62,943 nt of DNA, filler included, from Octopus bimaculoides (GCF_001194135.2; 9 parts of 7 records of this genome joined end to end with filler, not necessarily neighbours in it); one strand, 5' to 3'. Counted from the first letter of the whole stretch, positions 25,723-39,955 are shown. Numbers and translations are program-made. The notes: generated from the letters alone by a model not told the origin.

Positions 25723-28015
25723 ATATATGTATGTGTGTATGTATTTATGCATGCATGTATGTATGCATGCATGTATGTATGTATATGTGTGTGTATATAG
25801 GAACGTGTGGATGTGTGCGCATAAGTATGTCTCAAATTATATATGCAGCATTCATTTTAATTTTCCTGATCATAAGATCAATCACATTGACTTTTATGGA
25901 TTATATCTTTAATAGAGGCAACACAGAACTGGAAAAAAACCCATCTCACTCACTTCCTCATTCTCTCTCTCTCTCTCTCACTATATATATATANNNNNNN
26001 NNNNNNNNNNNNNNNNNNNNNNNNNNNNNNNNNNNNNNNNNNNNNNNNNNNNNNNNNNNNNNNNNNNNNNNNNNNNNNNNNNNNNNNNNNNNNNNNNNNN
26101 NNNNNNNNNNNNNNNNNNNNNNNNNNNNNNNNNNNNNNNNNNNNNNNNNNNNNNNNNNNNNNNNNNNNNNNNNNNNNNNNNNNNNNNNNNNNNNNNNNNN
26201 NNNNNNNNNNNNNNNNNNNNNNNNNNNNNNNNNNNNNNNNNNNNNNNNNNNNNNNNNNNNNNNNNNNNNNNNNNNNNNNNNNNNNNNNNNNNNNNNNNNN
26301 NNNNNNNNNNNNNNNNNNNNNNNNNNNNNNNNNNNNNNNNNNNNNNNNNNNNNNNNNNNNNNNNNNNNNNNNNNNNNNNNNNNNNNNNNNNNNNNNNNNN
26401 NNNNNNNNNNNNNNNNNNNNNNNNNNNNNNNNNNNNNNNNNNNNNNNNNNGTATATGTATATATATGTATGTATGTATATGTGTAGATTTTTATGCTTTG
26501 ATTTATGTATGTATTATCATGTATATAGCTGCATGTCTACACATGATCATATATATATATTTAAATGATAAATTTCTGGAAAGTTTTATAGATTTTTACA
26601 ATTCCGGAGATGGTCTGGATCTGCAGTCTTCGAATCAGTTATCTCTTTCCTGGTTTTCAAAAGCCTAATTTCTGAAAATTGGTATTTATGCAGTCTGTTA
26701 CATACCCCAGTATCCTAATAATTATAGGCATGGTCCTGAACTCGTAATCTGGATGGAGTTACTGAAGATTTCTCAAAAATTCAGGGTAATTTTTTTTGTT
26801 TTTTTAATGATCTTCACCTTTATATTAACATCCGCTGGGCAGCTGATTTTTACAACTGTACACAGTTTCGCTTCTCAGTCAGAAATCATTATACCAGGTC
26901 TATTGTGTTTATGTTTTGTTGATGTATGTATGAATGTATGTATGTAAGTATGTATGTGTGAATAAGTATGTGTTTTTATTTGACTCAGAAAGCTACGCCA
27001 TTAGAAGAGATTTGTTTACATCACAATAAATTAATAGTTCGATATGAATAGGATAATATTAGATTTAGAAAAAGTAAGCCCCGTCTAGATTTGTTCGAGT
27101 ACAACTTACAATGTTCTGTCCTTTTATAGCCACAGTCCAATAGCGTAATATATGCTATTTAATATGGCAAACAAACATTTGAATGAATCGCTTATCATAA
27201 TTTAGTGTCTGTTAATTTGATAAACTTGGAATATAATATATCTTTGAGATCATAAGACGACAGTGTGTGCATTTCCAACGAAAACGTCCGCATGTTTAAC
27301 ATGTCTTGAGCTAAGTTCACCACTGACGTAACCAGTAAAATTTTATTTTTTCTTACTGACCTCTTACTGCCTTCATTTAGCATGCCACATGTTATTCTTG
27401 TATGATCACTTCACAACTGTATCGCTGAAAGCATTTAAATGCATAATTCACTTGCCACAGTTGGAAATCTTTGTAGATCTCTTTTTTTTTCCTCCAGAAT
27501 CTTCAAAGTTTCCAAGTTCACGCCCTTTAGTGAGAATCATGATGGCAATTTCAAAACTTTCTCGACAATTGAATTTGAAACAGGTGAAAGGGTTGCTTGA
27601 AGCGGCTTTCATTTTCCTTGCCTTACTCTTATCTTTACTGTTTGATACGCCTGAGAACGTCGGGGAATTTATTCATAACTTTTAAGTGAATTTATCACGT
27701 TAAGAATAAAAGAAACTGTATTGGCTTGGAGGTCGAATCGGATTTTATGTGTAACATATTTCTCCTTTAGCTCAAAGTTGAGAAACCGTGTATAATACAG
27801 ACAGGAGCATTGCATTGTTTATCTATTTTTTTTGCTTTTGTTTCTGGAATTTCCATTCGTACCTAATAGCTCTCAATTTTAAATTCACCTCTTTCACCTT
27901 CAACGGTATATATCCATATATAAAGATATATGCGAGGGAATACGTACATACTACATACATTCACACATACATGCATACATACGTACATACATAAAGATAT
28001 GCAGGTATATACACA

Positions 28016-28058
<43 letters not shown>

Positions 28059-28349
28059 GTGTGTGTACGTGCATATACATATATATATATGTATGTATAT
28101 CCACATATAGATACATGTACCTATATATGTACACACACGCACAAACTCATGCAAGACTTATGCATGTACATATACGGCTAAAGGTAAGTGGTCGTAAATA
28201 CATTAAAGATGACGGTTTAAGTACTTGGCACAAATATACATGGGTACAATGTATTCGCTATTACAATTTAGATCGCAGTCACTTCGTATTTTTACTCAAA
28301 TGCTATGTTACATACGTGAGTGAATATATATATATATATACACACACTC

Positions 28350-28515
28350 ATACGACGGGCTTCTTTCAGTTTCAGTCTACCAAATCCACTGACAAGGTTT
28401 TGCTCGGTGACCCGATGCTATATTAGAAGACATTTGTCTAAAATGCTAGGCAGTGGGACTGAACTCGAAACCACGCAGTTGGGAAGCAAGCTTCTTACCA
28501 CACGGCCACGCCTTT
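28350..28515 (-). mobile_element. SINE head (family B)
   Basis: Reverse complement of ggcgtggccgtgtggtaagaagcttgcttccc...ggatttggtagactgaaactgaaagaagcccgtcgtat. Confidence 0.8.
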
Positions 28516-28939
28516 ATTCATATATCTATATCTATTTATATATGCGTATGTGTCTAAACACATATAATTATAATTATAAAAATATAATTTGATGATCATT
28601 TTTCATGGTCAAAAAGGGAAGATGAGTCCAAGAGAACCGAATCTGATGCACCAATATTCTCACTCTCTCTTTCCACAAAAAGAAAGTGTTATATCGCAAT
28701 ACTGTGGCTGTGTGAGCTACGAAATCCTCGTCGCCACTGCTAAATCGCACGCGCGGATGACCACTACTCAACTCTTACTCCCGGCGACTCGACTCTACCG
28801 AATTCGACGTCTAGTCTACCGACAGCTCCATCTCGCTCTCCCGCTCTCGCACTTTGCGACTAGCTATTTTTACGTATTGGACTAGCTTACTTATCGCCTG
28901 GGGGCATCTACACAACAGAAAGTTACAAGTACCTAAACA

Positions 28940-30200
28940 TTGATAAAAATTTAAAATTACTGTGGATGAATATAGAATGAACCAAGAATATCATGCCAGG
29001 TTTCGAGAAATATAGCAGCCGAAAATCTATAGACCTTACAACGAGTAATCCAATATTGCATTTGTATTACCAGCGTACCAAAATGTGGGATACTTGATTG
29101 GTCTCTAGGAGAAATCAACCTGCAAGATGCTAACATCAAGTGGAAATCACTACTGGAATATTGATGTCGAAATGCTCTACGGAAGAAGCAATAACAGAGT
29201 TAGCAGCTTCAGTGCAAGCTGAATTCGAATGTCATATAGTTTCTCTCATACTGGCTAAACAACGGCAACAAAAAATATATATATTAACTTAATGCGGAAA
29301 AGTAAAGAGGACAATATTTTATGTGTCACCTGCGAGCTCCTCGGGAAGCATTCTATTTCTGATGACTTAGCATATTACCCCAAAGCAGTCGGACTAATAT
29401 ATTTAAAATAAGACCTGGATGTGAGGGTGTTCAGAATACTCCCCGCCAACCACCACCCCTATACACAAAAAAATCCACGCATGATATGTTTCTAGAAGAT
29501 TTGGAATAGACCGTATTGCTGGTAGGAAGAGAACCCTCTCTTACAGTCGTGACCACTACATCACATTATAATTCGAAAGGTATGAATTTGTAATACAAGA
29601 TCAGATGATTGCTACGAGAACTTAATAAACAAAACAGACAGTGAAGCCCCTGAAACCTGTAAAATGTAAACTAAAATGTCATATTTCCTTGGAAGACGTC
29701 CCACATGTTATGATCACCTACCGAGAAATTTCTGCGACACGATATTATTGACAAAAACAATACATAAAGCTTTCTCTGGAAAAAAAGACTGTCCTCGAAT
29801 AAATATAGAGAATCTCCCTGTCCTTGAATTCATGCAGAAACATCAAGAGAAGGAACATTGGTGTAACATTACAATCAAAATGTATCATCTGTAAACTTAA
29901 GAGGCCAAACATTGTTGTTTGGGACAGACAAGAAAACTTATCATAGTGGTCAGCGGTTCGCTGCCGTATATATCACAGAGACTGAAGATAACTATAGATA
30001 ACTGCCTCAACACTTCCATCTCCTATATCCAGGTTATAAATTCACATTTATACCAACAGATTTGACTTTGTGTGTAAATGCCTATGTGATAACTGGTATA
30101 AAGAAGCATTTTCAGAAAGGGAAATCAACCAAATTGCACATGGTCGTATATAATTTGCACATCGAACAGTAAAAGTATGCAAGACTTTTGAAAAAATTTT
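28940..30200 (+). mobile_element. R4/Dong-like LINE, degenerate C-terminal half
   Basis: Pieces GILDWSLGEI-like, KTIHKAF, EKEHWCNITIK, LKRPNIVVWDRQE, LYPGYKFTFIP and TVKVCKTF follow the restriction-like endonuclease region. Confidence 0.65.
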
Positions 30201-30399
30201 AAAATATTACATTTTTTTTTTTTTTTTATATACTTTTCAAGGATGGAGCTTTCCATCTTTGCTAGAAACCAACTCTTTCCTCTCAGGAAGAATTGAAATA
30301 ATTAAAAGCAGAAGAGAACATCCATTCATATATATTGTTTTGTGCAGATACATTATATTCCTTTTCACCTAGCCTATGGCAAATATTATATAATATATT

Positions 30400-30439
<40 letters not shown>

Positions 30440-30787
30440 ACGTGAACACACACACAAACACACTGAAACACAGACACATACACACACATGNNNNNNNNNN
30501 NNNNNNNNNNNNNNNNNNNNNNNNNNNNNNNNNNNNNNNNNNNNNNNNNNNNNNNNNNNNNNNNNNNNNNNNNNNNNNNNNNNNNNNNNNNNNNNNNNNN
30601 NNNNNNNNNNNNNNNNNNNNNNNNNNNNNNNNNNNNNNNNNNNNNNNNNNNNNNNNNNNNNNNNNNNNNNNNNNNNNNNNNNNNNNNNNNNNNNNNNNNN
30701 NNNNNNNNNNNNNNNNNNNNNNNNNNNNNNNNNNNNNNNNNNNNNNNNNNNNNNNNNNNNNNNNNNNNNNNNNNNNNNNNNNACACA

Positions 30788-30822
<35 letters not shown>

Positions 30823-31467
30823 CTTTATACATATAATTCAGATGCTACTTTCTATCCTTGCAGAACAGATTTGAGAATAGCTAGTATTTTCTAAAATATG
30901 CTAAACCTTAGGCAACTTCGTGGAACATATTTTTCCCCATTTACTTCGTATTATTCACTTTTTCTAAATATATCCTTGTGATTATTAAACACTTTGCCCT
31001 TGAGGGAAAATGAAATTACTACAATCTCAATCTCAATTCATGGAACATTTTAGGGTTAACCGGAGGTTATGATTTCCAAATACATACGGAAAGAAAACTA
31101 AATGTTACACAAAAGATTGTATAGTAAAGCATACTTGTCACCGAGAATAATATGCACAGTACATTTAGTTGGTGTTATTGTATGCGCATGTTGTATTCAT
31201 GTGTGCTTGTTTTGTATTCATGTGTGCGTGTTTTGTATTCATGTATACGCATGCTGCTGACTTGGTGCATATAAGAGTTTTCCTTTTGATTTTTGTTGTG
31301 TTATTTTCTTTTACTTGATGAAATCTTTTGCAGAAAGAAGAGAAATACATGATATGTTTGCATATTTGTGTCAGTGTTTGTATACCGTATGCCGAGGCAT
31401 GGAACTTTCTATATATGTGAATGTACGAATGTATATGACGTTCACACAAACGTGCATTCACATATAT

Positions 31468-31511
<44 letters not shown>

Positions 31512-32293
31512 TTATAAATGTGTATATACGTGTGGAGGTGCGTGTGTTTGCTTATATTTCTATATGCGGTCACATACGCGTATGTATGTGTGGGTATATG
31601 TATGTGTGTGTCGGTGTGTGTGTGTATTTATGTGTCTGTATATATTGTTAGCGATGCTTACTCAATAAGAATACTATCTGTTGCCGGGAAAAATTCATTG
31701 TCTTGCAGCAACATTTAATTGATTGTGTTTCAGGAAAAGGGAAACATTTTATCTTCGAGTGAAAAAGAAATATTTGTTATAAACAGCAATATTTTCTAAA
31801 ATAAAATACTAGCATAAAAATGTATTTTAAGCAAATATATTAAATGCGGAAGTGTAAATGGAATGTTGAGTAAATCATTCCAGTATTTGAAAAGAAAAAA
31901 AAAACCCCAGAAAATGAGTGAAATGCACTAAATGATTCTCGTATTAAAATATAAGTTAGTAAATTTCACCGTGTGAACTTTAGAAAATAATATTTATCAA
32001 TCATTTTACAATCTAGTAATGACAAATGTTAATGACAAATGTTAATGATCGATTGATAATCATTAATGATAAAGTTTGTGTTACATAGCGTTCTTCAAAT
32101 TTCCGTATACGTTTCTATATTTGCTTTTAGCAACAAAAGTACGTGACTTCGGCGGATATGTTTTTTATCTTATCATTATTTTCTGACATTCTATTGTAGG
32201 GTGCGTTTAGAGACCCGCTTGTCACATATTTCGAAGCCACGCATATACTTATTTGATTCTGTCTCTCCTATTATATCAGCCACAAAACAACAT

Positions 32294-32326
<33 letters not shown>

Positions 32327-32769
32327 CTACTACTACTACTACTACTACTACTACTGCTGCTGCCTCTCCTCCTGCAGCTATTATTATTACTAGGATTAGT
32401 AGAACATATTTATTCATATGCATCTGCATAATCAATTTTCTATCAATTATTTTATCTTCCTCCTACTTATGTGTTCAATTATGTTGTTAAATATGGTTTG
32501 CTATGAACTGCATGTGATGCGAGTGAATGTTAATGTATCAACGCGTACATTGCTGCCTTACGAACTGTCATCAATTCATAGTTGACTTTCAGAGGTTAAC
32601 CTATGCAAAATTATGAATAACCTGCCCTCCAGCCAACTCAACAACAACTCCTAGAACTTGTGCGACTTTCTCTCTTTCTCCTTCTTTCAATTTCCTTCTC
32701 TTTCTTTTCTCCATCTGAAATCAACCGTCCCTAGAAAAACCTCCGAATGCTTGTACTCCAAGTAACTGA

Positions 32770-33475
32770 CTTCATATACTCTTTTACTCTTTTACCTGTT
32801 TCAGTCATTTGACTGCGGCCATGCTGGAGCACCGCCTTTAGTCGAGCAAATCGACCCTAGGACTTATTCTTTGTAAGCCTAGTACTTATTTTATCGGTCT
32901 CATTTTGCCGAGCCGCTAAGTTACGGGGACGTAAACACACCAGCATCAGTTGTCAAGCGATGGTGGGGGGGNNNNNNNNNNNNNNNNNNNNNNNNNNNNN
33001 NNNNNNNNNNNNNNNNNNNNNNNNNNNNNNNNNNNNNNNNNNNNNNNNNNNNNNNNNNNNNNNNNNNNNNNNNNNNNNNNNNNNNNNNNNNNNNNNNNNN
33101 NNNNNNNNNNNNNNNNNNNNNNNNNNNNNNNNNNNNNNNNNNNNNNNNNNNNNNNNNNNNNNNNNNNNNNNNNNNNNNNNNNNNNNNNNNNNNNNNNNNN
33201 NNNNNNNNNNNNNNNNNNNNNNNNNNNNNNNNNNNNNNNNNNNNNNNNNNNNNNNNNNNNNNNNNNNNNNNNNNNNNNNNNNNNNNNNNNNNNNNNNNNN
33301 NNNNNNNNNNNNNNNNNNNNNNNNNNNNNNNNNNNNNNNNNNNNNNNNNNNNNTGTGTGTGTGTGTGTGTGCGTGTCTGTGTTTGTCCCCCCACCATCGC
33401 TTGACAACTGATGCTGGTGTGTTTACGTCCCCGTAACTTAGCGGCTCGGCAAAATGAGACCGTTAGCATAAGTAG
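32770..33475. mobile_element. Two SINE family B tails in inverted orientation around an N gap
   Basis: About 32895-32971 is the exact reverse complement of about 33387-33461. Confidence 0.85.
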
Positions 33476-34299
33476 AAGACACTTGCCCATGGTGCCACGC
33501 CGTGGGACTGAACATATATTGCATTTCATAACCCAACTGACGCACGGTGACTTGTAATTTGAAAAACTGGATATGATAAAGGTATATATTTATTCATATG
33601 CATATGTGTGCGTATGTGTTTGTAAGTGTGTGTGCGTTAGTGTGTGAATGTGCATATGTCAGCGTATGTATATATTATGCATTTATAAAAAAATATGTAC
33701 GTCCTAAGACACAGCCATGTCACGACACGTCCAGCTTCGCAATAGTTTCATATTCAATCAACAAAAATTCCACAGTCACTAGGTTACCAAATATGCACTT
33801 TTCTAAAATAATCCAAACGATACAGTGTTATCAAGAGACAACTTGTTAAAACATACATTAAATAAGTTTCAGAATGTCTTCTAGACAATATAATAAAGAA
33901 TATGATGTGATCAAATTAAATTCAATTAACTTATGTAATTAAGTGTAAATTAATTCTTAGAAAATAAAATTATCTTGTACATTCTATTGTCCATTTTTCA
34001 AGTTAGAGCAACATATTCTTCGCTGAATCATTTCATTACTTAATTTTAATTAATTCCTATTGTCTAAATGTACAATGCAATGAACCTAGTTATCGCTGGT
34101 TTGACATTTCTCAAGACATATACAGAATATGCAGATGCACAAACACGCACTTACGTGCACACATACACGCACGCAGACACACACACGCACTCACACACGC
34201 ATACACACAGACACCCTCCCACAAACAGGAATGTTTTCGTGTTACAAATGGTGAGATAGAGCATAATGCATAATATAGAATATATATGTATATATGTGC

Positions 34300-34353
<54 letters not shown>

Positions 34354-35568
34354 ATATAACATGTATGTATAAATATATATATGTATATGTATATATACAT
34401 CCAAATGTTTGTGCGAGTCTGTGTACCTGCGTACGTTGTAGTCTAATGAGCTAAAACCAATAAAGAAAGGTTGCAACTGCACGGGGTGGTGTACATTCGC
34501 AGTCCTTTTATAGTAAGATGTTTCTAGAGTTCAAGTCATCTGAATACTTTTGTACATACCCTCAATTATATATTTATATATATTTTTCGTCTAAACTTCG
34601 CTTCTTTGTGCATGTATGTATACAATTCAGTGTGGACATTTTCGCAATATTTCTTTCAGAACAGAGAAATGTTAGATTAAATTAAAGAAAACTAAAATTG
34701 CTAAAACATTGACACCAGGTAATTTGGAGTTGTAATTTTTATTTCACCTCTATTTATCTCCTAAAAGGATGTTGCATTATGTTCACTAAATGAAGTTTGA
34801 GTTTATCTCACATTCAGTTTTAACTGCCAACTTTCCGTAAACTGATATTTTAGCTTCTCTAATAGTAATATCTTTCATTGTTCTCAGGTAAATATATGCT
34901 TCTTCGTATCTTCTCATAAATCGTTTTGAAAAGTCGTAAGTAACGTCTTCATGGAACAAAAATACGTGAAATTTCTTTTAGAATAAAATAAAATAGGATA
35001 ATTATCTGCGAACGCGCATGAAGTTCATCTACCCGGGATTTAAGTTAGAATGTTTTCAAAAATATATGAAACATGATATTTATGTAAACATGTATATTTT
35101 ATATCTTCTTTTGAATAGAATGAATACTACATGTTGACAAAAGGATTATTTCTTATTCTCTACATCTTACTGTATATTATTCCATTTATCTTCAAAAATA
35201 TATTCGGAAACATATCTTCGGCACTACACTTCGATGAATTTTTATTTGAAACATCGGGGTTTGATATCTCTTTCTGTTTTTGTCTTTAACAACTGAGGCC
35301 AAGTTGCCAGTGATTTTAATTTTATCGATAATTTCGCATCTCAGTGGCGGATCTATGCCCTCTTCTCGTACTTCTAGGCATCCGTAATTTTAGTAGTTTT
35401 ATTGTTCTCACCATCTCTGTGCCAACAGAAATATCTCTTTCGTTTTACGGAACATTGCTTCCTCGACTATGACCTTGTTCTTGATCTTACATTTGTACAA
35501 AGCAGATAAAAAGTCCCCTTAAGAATTTTGAGTACCCCACTCATCAAATGATGAAAATGCTTATATAG

Positions 35569-35617
35569 TATTGCAAAAATATTGCAAAAATATTGCAAAA
35601 ATATTGCAAAAATATTG
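35569..35617. repeat. 11-bp tandem repeat (tattgcaaaaa), about 4.5 copies
   Basis: Direct sequence. Confidence 0.9.
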
Positions 35618-36721
35618 TCGCCTGTGTATGTGAATTTCAAATTTCGTCGGAGTCATTTTTCCTCTTTAGGAAAAAACAAACTAACACACTTCAAAACGAT
35701 GATAAAATACACAGGGATGTACAGAAATAATTCTGGCGGAAATAATTCTAAGAAATGTCCCGATTACTAATATACCTGCAATAGATTTTCACATATGTAA
35801 TTTTTAGGAGTTGAAAGATGAGATTAGATTAAGTTATCCATTAAATTAATAAACTCGAACTCCCTCTAGAGCTCTCTACTTTTCTGTCTCTGACACTGAT
35901 ATTTACTTAAAATTTTGCCTCATCGATATTTGCAATATTTATTACAGTAATCTCCTTTGATGTTTGAATTTAGATTTTAAATACCACAAATTTACGTTTG
36001 CTAGTTACGGGGAAATATCTCAGTTAAATTTCAAATGCAGCTGTACCACATGATTATAAGATGTACATGTTCGTTTTGTGCTGTTGATATATGTGTTCAT
36101 TCGTGGAATTCCTCTAAAAACAAGTTTTATTCGTTCAAACAATCAATGAGCATTGTCTTTACAACTTTCATTCGAAAGTCAATTATATTAAATAATTACG
36201 CTGTTATCCTCTTTCAATCAATTCAGCTATCAATTGTGAGAATTCAGTGAAGGATCTACTCCAAAGCAACGAACTGACTACAGCAATTTTCTTCTTAATT
36301 TTAACGCCTCTCCTACTACTCTTACTGAAACTCTAGGAATAGCTCACTAAATTTATCTCACTTCTAAGATCTTAAATTTTTACTTCCTTACATTTTAAAA
36401 TTTCCTTTCTAATCATATGACAGCATTAATACTAGTCTTAGCGATGTCTAATCCAATTAAATCGGTTCATTCACCTTTACAAAATAGGCACGTTCACTAG
36501 GCTTCGTATAGAAGAGTAAGTCATCTGAATTTGAATTGACGTATAGATAGAAGATAACACGCTTTGCCTTGATATATTGGTGTTAAAATGTGCTATGCAT
36601 TTAGCTTTCACTCTTTCTCAACTTCACTGTGACTGTGTAGCAAGGATTGTTTACTTCCCAACTACATGGTTTTGGGTTCGGACCCACCGCATTGCACATT
36701 GCAGATATGGGTGTGCATGAG

Positions 36722-36778
36722 GGTGGCGAGCTAACAGAAACGTTAGCACGCCGGGTGAAATGCTTAGCGGTATTTCGA
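36722..36778 (+). mobile_element. SINE family A head, truncated
   Basis: ggtggcgagctaacagaaacgttagcacgccgggtgaaatgcttagcggtatttcg. Confidence 0.85.
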
Positions 36779-37034
36779 AGCCGTTCTGTATCAGACGCTC
36801 GGTTCGTCAAGGATGTCCGCTCTCACCGCTTTTGTATGTGGTGGCTCTCGAGCCACTACTGCGGAGGTTGAGTGGCATTCCGAGAGAACCAGGTCTAGAG
36901 GAGTTTGTTACGGCTTACGCGGATGATATCACTATCAGCGTAACCTCAGTAGCACGCCTACGTGAAGTGGGTAAGACTATTGAGGCTTACGAGGAGGTGG
37001 CAGGAGCAAAGATTAACCGGGAAAAGTCGGTCGG
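36776..37034 (+). mobile_element. L1/Tx1-like reverse transcriptase fragment
   Basis: SVRQGCPLSPLLY and AYADDIT...GAKINREKS in one open frame; runs into an N gap. Confidence 0.92.
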
Positions 37035-37407
37035 NNNNNNNNNNNNNNNNNNNNNNNNNNNNNNNNNNNNNNNNNNNNTTAATTAATTAANNNNNNNNNN
37101 NNNNNNNNNNNNNNNNNNNNNNNNNNNNNNNNNNTTTACGCTTTTCCCTCCGATTTTTTGTTCTATGTGTGCCATAAATATCGCCATCCGTTTAGAGAAA
37201 AATTTGTAGTTTGGAATCAGTAGTTCTTTGACTGCTATTTCTAAATTTTCAGTATGTTGGAGAAGCAACTCAATTGCTAATCCCTGTATATTTATAATGA
37301 TAAATAGTCTTACCGATAAAGGTTTTTTTCATACTGAACTACTTGGCAGAATTGTTAATTATTAATTCTATTATTAATTGACGATTCTCTGCCCTTATTC
37401 TTGTATG

Positions 37408-37441
<34 letters not shown>

Positions 37442-38485
37442 TATAGGTTCATACTTACATACATTCAAGCTGTACAAGATTCAAAACCGACATAATATTT
37501 ATATCTAACATAATATTTATAGTTGTTCCAGAAAGATTTCCAATTAGTCTAACTCTTCTTGCATCCGAAACCGAAAATGCATAAATCTTAAAACAACTAA
37601 ATATTAATACCGTCATCAATACGAAATATCTTCTCCAGCCATGCATACCATAATGAGGTGTTATTGTAACTTTTACGCTAGAGAGATCATCAGCTGAGAG
37701 AATATGGACTCCTGAGCTTCTTCGTTTTTGTGAATTATTGAGTGCGGGTCTATTTCTGTTTACGTGGGATGATATATATACATGTATAAATGTATGTACG
37801 TATGGATGTATGTATGTATGCATGCATTATACTCCATATTATCTAAGCCCAGCTCCTTCTGGTTATCACATCAAGAGAAGAGATTGAAAATGAGTTGGTT
37901 TCATATTTCGCATCAAAACCTAAGCAATTTTACAAAGGTAGCATTTATAAGCTTGTTGACAGATAGAATGAAGTTCTAGAAAGCAATAGAAATTACGTTA
38001 ACGAATAAATATTGTCTTAATCATGGGCTTTTCCATTTTTAACAGAGATCTTAAAATTGGTTATTATCTTTGCACCAACTTGATATATATAATGTACTGT
38101 TCCGTGATGGTAACATCAACTAAAATGTATTGCCGCCTGGTTGATTAAAAATACGTTAAACGCAATTGAGGTAGTATTTTAAAAATAGGGAAGGTTTTTC
38201 GTCTTTCTCTGATATTTATCGTGTTTTTAACACTGCAAGTCTATAAGAAATTTTATCTCGGAACGAATACTACAATAACCGGCTTGTCAACAGTGTATGC
38301 ATTAAGTGTGCTAAATGGACAGCTATTTTAATTAAACAGGGGATTGAAAGCGATTGCAATGGAATCATATAGATAAAAAGGCGGATAAATAAACGTATGT
38401 AAGGTTTGTTTTGACAGTAACACTGTCGGCATTCCAGCTAAAACCATTCTGTCGCCTACTTTGCGATTCATACATATTGGTTTTA

Positions 38486-38694
38486 AATTTTGACACAAAG
38501 CCAGCAATTTTAGGGGAGGGGATAAATCGATTACATCGACCTAGTGCTCCACTGGTACTTATTTTAACGACTCCGAAAGGATAAAAGGCAAAGTCAACCT
38601 TGGTGGAATTTGAAATCAGAACTTCGAGACGGACGAAACGCCGCTGAGCATTTTTTTTTCCGGTGTGCTAACGTTCCTACTAGCTCGCCGTCCT
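38486..38694 (-). mobile_element. SINE family A, near full length
   Basis: Reverse complement of the head, the gactttgccttttatcctttcggagtcg core and the tail. Confidence 0.85.
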
Positions 38695-39955
38695 CATGCG
38701 ATTCACACATATCGACGGGAAATTAACTTCAACAACAGCGACAACGAGAACAACAATGAGATAAACAATAGCAACGATAATAAAAATAATAGTGGAAGCA
38801 ACGACAACAACAATGGTGATATCAAAAACAAAAGAGTTTTTGTTAGTGTTACTTGCAATCCAGTGAATAACACAGAACTTGGAAGGAAATGATTTCTTTG
38901 TAGTGGAACCCTGTAGGTTATGAGTCTTCTATATTAGGAAGTAAACGAAATAAAACAATTGTCTACAATTCCGACAACAGAAGAAAGAATAAACCGGCAA
39001 TGTACAGATTGAAAACTGTTTACGAGAAGTTTCATGCAAAATAAGGTACGTGACAAATAGAAGAGAGCATGCGTCATTTGTGCCACGACATGTTGATTAT
39101 GGTAACAACCACAAGCATTTATGTAATTCAAGAATGTATTTCTTTATAAAAGGGGAGAGTGGCAAAAATAACTTTTGAAAAATGGTAATGTTTCACCTCA
39201 CAAAGAAGTATAGCAATAATGGAGACTGGGTATGGGGGGGGGGGGGGTTAATGCCAATTGCCCCAAAAAACAAAACGGATATGTTGTTGAAGTGCAAAAT
39301 GTTGGTCACATCTGAAGAACGTGGAATCCATCGTCGACTATTTTGTTTTCGAGGACTTTGAAGAAATACGAGTTGTAATGGAAGGGAGAGAACTCTGTTG
39401 CTACGCATTTGGCGTAAAAGTTTCCCAATTTCATGACTTTCTGTTTTACAATAAAGAACGTGGGGAAAGGACGCCATTCTGAGCAAATGCTACCAACTCC
39501 CCCGAAAAGAGCAGCAACTTTGCCCATTGCAGTAAAAAACAACAATAACAAAAACAAGAACTAAAGTATCCAGGACAAACTCGAGAACAAGTCTCCCCAT
39601 TATCACCATCATCTACAACAACATCATTAGGTTTTTCCGACTTTCGTCTCGCCAAATTAGAACCTTCGATCTTACAAGCGAGAAAACAAGTTTCTTTACA
39701 TTTAATGTACCAGTAATACCAAGAAATATAACTTTTACTGTTGTGTTCTAAATGTAAACAAACTTTACTCGCTTGTAAGATTTAGAAAGTCTGATTTAGA
39801 TGGACAAAAGTCTGGACACTACTTTCATGTAAGGGTATCACGACTATTTAAGTTGCAGCAGATGCCTGGTTCGAATCTCGAATGCAGCTTTCTAACTCTT
39901 CAGGCCAACAGATTTTTATTCCTATCTCTATGAACTACTACAGCTAGATTCTTTT

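Noticed and set aside
26590-26790. Possible exons on either strand (72-nt minus-strand EIRLLKTRK...; plus-strand HGPELVIW...)
   Set aside because: Competing weak splice interpretations on both strands with no recognisable protein.
27195-27685. Higher-complexity ORFs of 62 and 98 aa
   Set aside because: No motif recognised; could be an old transposon remnant but cannot be supported.
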